Shown in pieces: positions 1-6,575 of a stretch of DNA of 64,000 bases. The notes under the pieces are model-generated. The model did not search any database and was not told where the DNA came from. It saw only the letters and a list, made by a program, of their open reading frames with translations. The translations under genes were made by a program, and so were the position numbers. The first letter of the stretch is position 1, and every line of letters begins with the position of its first letter. This stretch comes from a virus, in the IMG/VR virus record IMGVR_UViG_3300027901_000002, positions 35,015 through 99,014 of that record; one strand, given 5' to 3'.

Positions 1-774
1 ATCCATTCCAAATGGATAACTTGAAGTATTTGCAGCAAGAAAATCAAATCTAATAACTATGTATTTAATGTCTGTATAATCAACAGTTGCAGTTTCGTCT
101 ACAATTCTCCAATATATAGCTGTTGCTCCAGTAAAATTTGCTCCACTACAAGTTACTTGTGTGTTAGAATCTACGCTAGTTATTGTGTAATGTCCTTCGT
201 CTACTGATGGTCTATCAAGAATTAATGTATCTCCAACAGAAACCGTTGTAAGAAAATTTTGTCCAGCTTCTGTAAAAATTCCACTTGACGCAGTTGTTAC
301 ACCAGCGATTCCAGCGTCAACAGTTTCTCCTTGCATAAAAACGTCATCTTCGTCACCTGAACACAAAAGAACTTCCCAATTACCCATTCTCTCTTGATCT
401 CCGCCAAAACTCCATTCCCCCCATCTACCGCTTGCGGATGTTGGTAAGGCAGTACTATCGTACAATCTAATTCTTGTAGCTTCTCCATTAGCAAGATATT
501 GATTTCCGCCTTTTCCTTTGACTATATAAATCCATATTAAAAAGTCGTTTTGCGTAATATCTATTGTTGAAGGTAAAGTAAAATACATTGAATTCCATAA
601 CGGTTGTCCGCTAGTAGCGTAGAAATTATAACAATCAGTCCCTTGTTTAGGTTCGTAAGAACCGTTTGTTGCCATAGCATAAGTATACGGATCGCCGTAG
701 CAAGGACTCAAAGTCCAGGGGTTTGGCGTCCCTTCACAATCGTCTATCATAGTGTAGTTGGCTGTAACAGTCAC
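1..774 (-). CDS. Beta-rich hypothetical protein, possibly virion or surface-associated; runs off the left edge
   Basis: Manual translation: GTG at 774 overlaps the TGA of the upstream ORF (GTGA) and the frame stays open to position 1 (VTVTANYTMIDDCEG...TTVSVGDTLILD...GHYTITSVDSNTQVT). Missing from the ORF track because it is truncated. Confidence 0.75.
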   Translation of the reverse strand, partial: MTVTANYTMIDDCEGTPNPWTLSPCYGDPYTYAMATNGSYEPKQGTDCYNFYATSGQPLWNSMYFTLPSTIDITQNDFLIWIYIVKGKGGNQYLANGEATRIRLYDSTALPTSASGRWGEWSFGGDQERMGNWEVLLCSGDEDDVFMQGETVDAGIAGVTTASSGIFTEAGQNFLTTVSVGDTLILDRPSVDEGHYTITSVDSNTQVTCSGANFTGATAIYWRIVDETATVDYTDIKYIVIRFDFLAANTSSYPFGMD

Positions 775-1631
775 GTTCCTAACATCATTTGTATTATTTC
801 AGCAATTGTTGGTCTTAATAAAGTTTTTTTACAATTTTCACATAATCTGTCTGGATCAATGGGTCTCATTTTTCCTTCTCCAAATAATGAAGGAGGAGGT
901 GCTAAACAAGAATATTTCTTTTCTAATTTAATAGCTTCTTCTCTCGTAACTCGTGGAATTTGTTCTCTAAATCTCTTTTTGTTTTCGTACAAAATTTCGT
1001 TGCTTCCCAAACAAGCTTTTGCCATATTTAATAAAGAACACGCAGAATCCATCCAACCCATTATATCGTTGCATAAATTTAAGAGACTTTCGTCTGTTTG
1101 ATTTTCAAATCTTAATCTTTGTATTTCTGTAATATAATACATTAATCTTCCGTTCCACAAACAAGTTTCTTCAACGAATAAACTTTGCGTCGGAAATATC
1201 ATATCTTTAATTTCTGACGTAACTTGAACTGCTTGTTCAGTAGAGGCTAATTCGTCTAGTTGTTCTTCTTGTCTACATTGAGCGCAAAATTTTTTCGTGT
1301 CGTAAATATACCATTCCCCGTATAAAGGCGGATGCTCTACAATATTAATAGTTAAACCTAAATCGTAGCGATCGTTTATTTCTTTCGCTTGTTTCGTAGA
1401 TTCTGTGCAAAAATTAGTCAATTGACCTAGAAAAGTTGCGTGTGGCCTTATTTCGTGAATTTTATCTCTTACTTGTGGAGTTTGCTTTCTAAAATTTTTT
1501 TCTGTATCTATAAAAGAAGGATAAATAGTCTCCCTCCACAAACTTTTTCTTCCCATAGAAACTTTTCCTATTAAAAATATGTTGTAAGCACATTTTCTAA
1601 ATATTTCTTTTATATCTTGAAGCGCTCCCAT
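771..1631 (-). CDS. Hypothetical protein with CxxC motifs
   Basis: 286-aa ORF in operon context; CAQC and CENC motifs. Confidence 0.7.
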   Translation of the reverse strand: MGALQDIKEIFRKCAYNIFLIGKVSMGRKSLWRETIYPSFIDTEKNFRKQTPQVRDKIHEIRPHATFLGQLTNFCTESTKQAKEINDRYDLGLTINIVEHPPLYGEWYIYDTKKFCAQCRQEEQLDELASTEQAVQVTSEIKDMIFPTQSLFVEETCLWNGRLMYYITEIQRLRFENQTDESLLNLCNDIMGWMDSACSLLNMAKACLGSNEILYENKKRFREQIPRVTREEAIKLEKKYSCLAPPPSLFGEGKMRPIDPDRLCENCKKTLLRPTIAEIIQMMLGT

Positions 1632-1633
1632 AA

Positions 1634-1831
1634 TTACACCTTTTCAAATAAATTTGCGTCTACCCAAGTTATTCTATTTGAACCTTTTCTCCTTACTAAT
1701 ATTTTATCAGTTGCGGTTGGTTTTGTATCTTGTTCGTCTCCTAAAACAATGTAAATTTTTCCCTTAAAATGAGAATAAACTTCTTCGTATTTTTGTTTTA
1801 ATTTTATTTCGTCGAATAAATTAAACTTCAT
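1634..1831 (-). CDS. Small hypothetical protein (SH3-like composition)
   Basis: 65-aa ORF ending 2 nt before the next gene. Confidence 0.6.
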   Translation of the reverse strand: MKFNLFDEIKLKQKYEEVYSHFKGKIYIVLGDEQDTKPTATDKILVRRKGSNRITWVDANLFEKV

Positions 1832-1921
1832 ATCTCAACATCTGGATTGTTTTTAATAAATTCTTTTAATGATACCCAATTTTTCCAAGTTCTATTATGA
1901 CCAATAACGGTCATTTGTACA

Positions 1922-2095
1922 TAAATTTTACCAGAATAATTAACTTTTTGTAGGTGTGTAACTTCCATTTCAATTCCAGAGGAATCTTTAATTTTTATGG
2001 TTTCAACCAGTTTTTAAAACCCCTTGTTTTCTACCCTGTTTTTATTAGGTACAAAAGTTACCTACACTACAAAAACATTTAACTGGGAAAATTTA
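1922..2095. repeat. Long imperfect inverted repeat in an intergenic gap
   Basis: TAAATTTTACCAG..TTTTTGTAG..TAACTT (1922-1964) versus the reverse complement of 2055-2095, TAAATTTTCCCAG..TTTTTGTAG..TAACTT. Confidence 0.6.
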
Positions 2096-2143
2096 CTTCC
2101 TTTGTTCCTTACTATTTTTATAAATTATTCTAATTTAAAGGTG

Positions 2144-3214
2144 TTATAAAACCATATCACCAGTAAATCTTAATAAGGTCGCTTGTTTTTTTTCTTTCTG
2201 TTTCTTTTGCTCTTTTGTTTCCTTTGGTTTTGTTTTCTTTTTCTTCCCATGTAACCAATCCTCTTTCTCCTCTTTTGGTTTAAACTTAATAGGAGGAAAA
2301 TTCATTTTCGCCCTCTTATCGTGTTTTCCAAAATTAAGAAGAATCCCGTTAAGATATTTTTGTTTGTAGTCGTATTTGTATGTGTCTACAAAAGACAAAT
2401 TTTCGCTTGGTGAGACACTTGAATAAAATTTATGAAGGTTGTTTCCCAACCAATTTAAAATAAAGATGAAAGGATGTTCGCAATTCTCGAAATCTTTTTT
2501 CTCACATTTTCCAGTCAATATTTTGTAAGCAACTTGCTGAGAACTAAGCTTTTCTTCTTCTATTGGTTTAAAGGATTTAATCCCACTCAATATGTTTCTC
2601 AAAGTCACTCGCATGTCGGAGTCGTAAATATCCTCAATGTCTCCCTGCCAATCTGGATATTTTTTCTTAACGAATTGCTCTACGTCCTTTCGAGTAGGAG
2701 CTTGAAGTTTTAGCGGAGTCATTTGTTTTGCGACTGTTGCGTGAACCGTATCTTTTTTATTGACAATTACAATAAAAGGATTTTTGGATTCTTTTACGTA
2801 AAAATTAATGAGAGCATAAGCTCTCCAGTAAAAGGAGTCTCCCTCTACTACGAAGATAGTGTTCCTCGTTTGTAGAGGGAGTTGTGCAAAATCCTTCAGT
2901 AAATCCTCGGTGTTTCTAGGATAAGAGTATTTTATCTGCCACCCAATTTCGCTGGCAATAAGTCTTGGGAGTGAGGATTTTCCAACGCCATGTTCGCCAA
3001 ACAAAAGGATTTTTTCGTTATTAAGGATAAGCTTTCGCAATTGATTTCTTTGTTTTTCGTTTCCCGCGATTAAAAAACTCGCCAAAATTTTTTTGCCTGT
3101 GTAATTTTCGTAAGCTGTTGTGCATTCTTCAACAGTTGAATTACACAGGCAAGCGATTTCAGGTAATGTAAACCTATTCTGATATACTAATTTTTTTACG
3201 CGTTTTCCTAACAT
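2144..3214 (-). CDS. rfcL: Replication factor C large-subunit-like AAA+ clamp loader with C-terminal PIP box
   Basis: Walker A GEHGVGKSS; SKNPFIVIVN and DMRVTLRNI RFC-like segments; lysine-rich tail ending KKQATLLRF (archaeal RFC-L PIP box). The start is more likely ATG 3214 than GTG 3244, which lies inside the upstream RNA structure. Confidence 0.75.
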   Translation of the reverse strand: MLGKRVKKLVYQNRFTLPEIACLCNSTVEECTTAYENYTGKKILASFLIAGNEKQRNQLRKLILNNEKILLFGEHGVGKSSLPRLIASEIGWQIKYSYPRNTEDLLKDFAQLPLQTRNTIFVVEGDSFYWRAYALINFYVKESKNPFIVIVNKKDTVHATVAKQMTPLKLQAPTRKDVEQFVKKKYPDWQGDIEDIYDSDMRVTLRNILSGIKSFKPIEEEKLSSQQVAYKILTGKCEKKDFENCEHPFIFILNWLGNNLHKFYSSVSPSENLSFVDTYKYDYKQKYLNGILLNFGKHDKRAKMNFPPIKFKPKEEKEDWLHGKKKKTKPKETKEQKKQKEKKQATLLRFTGDMVL

Positions 3215-3224
3215 AAATTTAAGT

Positions 3225-3352
3225 AAGGAAGGTCGGATTTGCACCGACGCTTTCTTAGGTGATGGTCTCAGTAAAGAAAGTCTAAAATAGATAAGCGGAC
3301 GTCCTTACCATCATTACCGTCAGTAGGCTTTACGCTATCTATTTTCTTCCTT
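3225..3352 (-). ncRNA. tRNA-like cloverleaf RNA (non-canonical)
   Basis: 7-bp closing stem AAGGAAG/CUUCCUU; T-arm GUCGG-UGCAAAU-CCGAC abutting it; long arm AAAAUAGAUAGCG/CGCUUAUCUAUUUU; arm CUUUCUU/AAGAAAG. Confidence 0.6.
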
Positions 3353-3441
3353 TATTTTATTTTATTTTTAAATTTTCTTAACATAAAAATATTTTAAACA
3401 TTTATAAATGTGTATTCCCAGACGAAGCATTTTTATTATTT

Positions 3442-3741
3442 TCAGATTTTTAAAAATAATAAAATAATCAAAATTGAAGTCGCTACGACGTTTCCAATCG
3501 AGGTATATAAAATAAACCTAAGAGTAGAGTTAATTTTTTGCGTTACGTTTAGTGTGTCTTGTAAAGTATCTAAAAGTTCGAGTATATCTTCTTCCATACT
3601 TAAGAAGAGTCCTAGCTCGTACAAATCTTTTTTCGTGTAAGACGAATTACATTCTTTACAATAAAATCTTTCGTAAACCCAATTCATTTCAATGTTTTTA
3701 TGTATCGGACAATTCATTAGTTGTTCGCCATTATTAAGCAA
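3442..3741 (-). CDS. Zn-ribbon protein with C-terminal membrane anchor
   Basis: CPIH...CKEC and a hydrophobic C-terminus. Confidence 0.55.
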   Translation of the reverse strand: MLNNGEQLMNCPIHKNIEMNWVYERFYCKECNSSYTKKDLYELGLFLSMEEDILELLDTLQDTLNVTQKINSTLRFILYTSIGNVVATSILIILLFLKI

Positions 3742-3970
3742 AGCGTTATAATTACGATAGATACGCCTAAAAACAAGGAAATAACAAAAAGGGCGTATTT
3801 TTTAAGTTGGTTCAATTTTTTCGACCTTAAAAGTAGTTTCGTTATCGATTCTTTCTGGATCTTGATTCCAAATCCTTTTAGTTGCTTTTCTAATCGCTTC
3901 GCACTCGTCTTCCGCTTCTACTTCTACTCTGTAAATATCTATCAAAAATTCTTTTACTTCTACTTTATAT

Positions 3971-4414
3971 TTAACCACTCATATCCACTCTTATTTCCAT
4001 TATTATACCATCTTCGATTTTTGCGTAAACTGGATACAATCCATCTCCAAATCCAGAATCAAAAGATACAGCTAAACCATCGTGTCCAAGGTGGAAAGGT
4101 ATTTGTTTGTAACTTTTTCCTTTTTTGTGAGAGACGTAATTGTAAGAAAATTCAAATTCTGGTTCGTAATGTATTCGAATCCATTGTTTAAGATCGTGTA
4201 TTAAGTTATTAGGTGTTAATCCTAGTTCTTTTATTTCTTGTTCGTAGCTATCAAAATCTTTACCATATTTGTATATTTTACCGCTTTCTTTGTCTCGATA
4301 TTCTCTTATATCTTCGTATTCGCCTTTTTTCCACCATTTAAGATAAGAAGGATCGCATATTATTAACTGTCCAGAATCTACTCCAACTACGCCAATTTTT
4401 TTCCATTCTGTCAT
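3971..4414 (-). CDS. DUF4241-like protein
   Basis: VGVDSGQLIICDP and SGFGDGLYPVYA motifs. Confidence 0.65.
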   Translation of the reverse strand: MTEWKKIGVVGVDSGQLIICDPSYLKWWKKGEYEDIREYRDKESGKIYKYGKDFDSYEQEIKELGLTPNNLIHDLKQWIRIHYEPEFEFSYNYVSHKKGKSYKQIPFHLGHDGLAVSFDSGFGDGLYPVYAKIEDGIIMEIRVDMSG

Positions 4415-4552
4415 TTCGAGTCGGTAGAGTTCGTCAACTCAGTGTTTCACATGCATGTTACGCACACCCCTGATAGCTCCTTGCTGTTGATTGAGGTAAG
4501 TGCAATGAGCACGTCTCTCGCTCCTTAGGAGTCCGTCTTAGGAGGCACCGAT
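4415..4552 (-). ncRNA. BHB-bounded intron/excised RNA element D (138 nt)
   Basis: 5' A-CGAG-AAA-UCGGUG (4559-4546) pairs with 3' UACCGA-CUCG-AAA-U (4426-4413); GC-rich with internal hairpins. Confidence 0.75.
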
Positions 4553-4965
4553 TTCTCGTCTAACTCTTTTAACCATCTATTTATAAAACCATTTATTTCG
4601 TGAGTTGGAACGTTATATCCGCTTGGACTACCTTCAGACCATTTGTTTAAAATTCTTTGCGTTTCTAACAAAACTAGTTCTGCCATAGTTTTTCTTTCTT
4701 TCAGAAGGTGTTGTTTTCTACTTAATTCCGCTTTTTCGTACATTCCATCTCTATAAAGCATTCTTGCAAACTTCATTTTTTGACGCAATTCAAAAATACC
4801 TAAATAATGACGATTAAACATTTCCACCAAAAACCTAGAATTTCGTCCTCTTTTTTCGAGCATTTTAATTGCTTTGTAAGTTCGCAAAAAATTACCAATA
4901 CTTAGTTTAATTGGATTAGTACTTATATTACTACAAATTGATTCTATTTTTTCTCTTTTTGACAT
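4525..4965 (-). CDS. Hypothetical protein; predicted to end ...ELDEK* after splicing
   Basis: 146-aa ORF whose last codons run into BHB element D. Confidence 0.65.
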   Translation of the reverse strand: MSKREKIESICSNISTNPIKLSIGNFLRTYKAIKMLEKRGRNSRFLVEMFNRHYLGIFELRQKMKFARMLYRDGMYEKAELSRKQHLLKERKTMAELVLLETQRILNKWSEGSPSGYNVPTHEINGFINRWLKELDEKSVPPKTDS

Positions 4966-5180
4966 TATTTTTCGTCTAATTTAGATATTGGACAATTTTC
5001 CCAATCTTGTGAATTGTAACAACCGCTAGTACATCCTCCTCCTTTGCCACATATTTCTCCACCACCTCTTAAATCTACAAGATATGGACATGTTGTTTTA
5101 CAAATCCACGTAACATGGTTCCAAGGGCAGTTGTTTATGTATTCACAACCTATACAATAATCTACGCTATAACTTGGCAT
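4965..5180 (-). CDS. Small Cys-rich protein
   Basis: Multiple Cys residues; ATG at 5180 directly follows the BHB 3' site; TAATG overlap with the next gene. Confidence 0.6.
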   Translation of the reverse strand: MPSYSVDYCIGCEYINNCPWNHVTWICKTTCPYLVDLRGGGEICGKGGGCTSGCYNSQDWENCPISKLDEK

Positions 5181-5182
5181 AT

Positions 5183-5327
5183 ATCGAGTCGGCCTCAATT
5201 GAGATTTTTGCTCTGGCTTGGGAAATTTGCATGCTTTCCAAAATAGTTAAAAGCTATAAAGTTTATAATCCAATGGGATCTCTAGTCCCTGTCTACCCCC
5301 CAAGAGGCCGTCGCAGAGCTTACCGAT
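5183..5327 (-). ncRNA. BHB-bounded intron/excised RNA element C (145 nt)
   Basis: 5' A-CGAG-AAA-UCGGU (5334-5322) pairs with 3' GCCGA-CUCG-AUA-U (5193-5181); internal GCUCUG/CAGAGC stem and hairpins. Confidence 0.7.
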
Positions 5328-5413
5328 TTCTCGTTCGGCGGGATGTAGTGACAATACGCACCGTCCCTATGTGACCTTCCTTATTACTCTTACGAGCTAT
5401 GCCCTATACCGAT
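5328..5413 (-). ncRNA. Structured middle segment B (86 nt) between two BHB elements, itself closable by a BHB-like motif
   Basis: CUCG-AAA-UCGGU (5419-5408) can pair with GCCGA-A-CGAG-AAA (5339-5327); hairpins CUC-GUAA-GAG and GGGA...UCCC. Confidence 0.5.
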
Positions 5414-5545
5414 TTCGAGTCAGCTGGAGCTCCCAAAGAACTTTCGGTTAGAGACGATATACGCTTCAACCTCCCCTGCATCCACTCGTGTAGAGTCTTT
5501 CTCTCTACTCAGGATCTACGGCTGTCCCGCTTCGTTCACGCTGAT
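5414..5545 (-). ncRNA. BHB-bounded intron/excised RNA element A (132 nt)
   Basis: 5' A-CGAG-AAA-UCAGC (5552-5540) pairs with 3' GCUGA-CUCG-AAA-U (5424-5412); inner helix shows compensatory changes relative to the other copies; hairpin GUAGAG/CUCUAC. Confidence 0.75.
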
Positions 5546-5863
5546 TTCTCGTATTCTTTCTTGTCTTCTTTTCTTAATTTCTTCTAACTCACTTTTCGGA
5601 ACTGGTTTTAACTTTACGCCTTCCGCAAAAACCAATTTTAATTCTTTTACCAATTCTTGCTTTACGCCGCTAATTTTAGGAGCAAATTTTGGAGGTTTCG
5701 GAGGAGGGTTCCAAGTAGGACGAGAAATAAATCTTTTCGTCCCAACGAACCTAAGAAAACTACTTCTATTTCTCCCTTCCAATTCTGCGTTTTCGTCTAT
5801 TTTCTTTAGCTCCTCTTCATTAACCCAAAAACTAATTTTTATTGCTCTTTTTCGATGCGACAT
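5516..5863 (-). CDS. Ribbon-helix-helix DNA-binding protein with a Pro-rich linker and C-terminal helix
   Basis: ISFWVNEEELKKIDENAELEGRNRSSFLR is a CopG/MobC-type RHH pattern. Confidence 0.7.
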   Translation of the reverse strand: MSHRKRAIKISFWVNEEELKKIDENAELEGRNRSSFLRFVGTKRFISRPTWNPPPKPPKFAPKISGVKQELVKELKLVFAEGVKLKPVPKSELEEIKKRRQERIREISVNEAGQP

Positions 5864-5989
5864 AAGAAACCGATGTGTTAACCTTTAAGAATTGGTAAAT
5901 AAATTGCTGTTAATAATATAAACGCAAGTAAATGTACGACAACCCAAAATATAGCAATTACGATTGCTATTTTTTCGTCTTTATCCATT

Positions 5990-6229
5990 TTAACCCAAAT
6001 TTTTCAAAAAAATTACCAAACAATCTATCGAACAAAAATCAAGCCTACATTCGTAGTAGGTTCCTGTTGTTTTATTGTTTTCGTCTGAAATATTAATATC
6101 AAACGTGCAGTTATCCTTACTAGAAATAGTAATCCAACCAACACATTTTCTAACTTCGTCTAACGTTCCTTCTCTTCCACAACTATCGCATTTATATTTT
6201 GTTATTTTCAAACTTTTCGAACTTCTCAA
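5990..6229 (-). CDS. Small Zn-finger protein
   Basis: CDSC...FCSIDC (TRASH/MYM-like pattern). Confidence 0.55.
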   Translation of the reverse strand: MRSSKSLKITKYKCDSCGREGTLDEVRKCVGWITISSKDNCTFDINISDENNKTTGTYYECRLDFCSIDCLVIFLKNLG

Positions 6230-6575
6230 TTATTTTTTTTACTTCTGGATGAACTTCCATCGAAGCTCCAGCTCTAATTTTAGTTCCAGAAATAACTTTC
6301 ACATCTTCTGGAACTTCTACTAAAGAGTATCCAACTCCTCTTCCAATAGCAACCATTTCTATGTCTGGAATCGTAATAATTTTTACCATTCCAGTTAAAA
6401 TTTCGTCTTGATACACAACAGAAATCATTCTGTATCTAAGCCAAAGAGGATATTTTTCTTCGCTATCTCTTATTGCGATACAAACTGGCTTTCCGTTAAG
6501 TAAGAAAGAGTCTATAATTGTTTTATGTCCTAAATGGAAAGGAGACCACCGACCAATAAACAAATTATATTTCAT
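6192..6575 (-). CDS. Cytidyltransferase-family (HxGH) nucleotidyltransferase, NMNAT-like
   Basis: FIGRWSPFHLGH and ISGTKIR signature motifs. Confidence 0.8.
   Translation of the reverse strand: MKYNLFIGRWSPFHLGHKTIIDSFLLNGKPVCIAIRDSEEKYPLWLRYRMISVVYQDEILTGMVKIITIPDIEMVAIGRGVGYSLVEVPEDVKVISGTKIRAGASMEVHPEVKKIIEKFEKFENNKI

Noticed and set aside
297-1101. ORFs 297-494 (-) and 604-1101 (+), and similar short shadow ORFs across the window
   Set aside because: They overlap longer, operon-consistent ORFs in another frame or strand.
3225-3352. Canonical or intron-containing tRNA gene
   Set aside because: No 7-nt anticodon loop, no conserved D-loop, T-loop is UGC rather than UUC, and no BHB that would restore a normal tRNA.
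5414-5545. C/D box sRNA or hammerhead ribozyme in element A
   Set aside because: CUGA is present but there is no proper RUGAUGA C box or CUGANGA...GAAA core; the terminal CUGA is part of the BHB helix.
4413-5554. CRISPR mini-array suggested by recurring ACCGATTTC motifs
   Set aside because: The repeats are only ~13 nt, come in two complementary types, and are separated by 80-145-nt structured segments; BHB pairing explains them better.
5174-5587. Plus-strand ORFs 5174-5374 and 5399-5587
   Set aside because: They are antisense to the operon and arise from stop-poor, GC-rich structured RNA.
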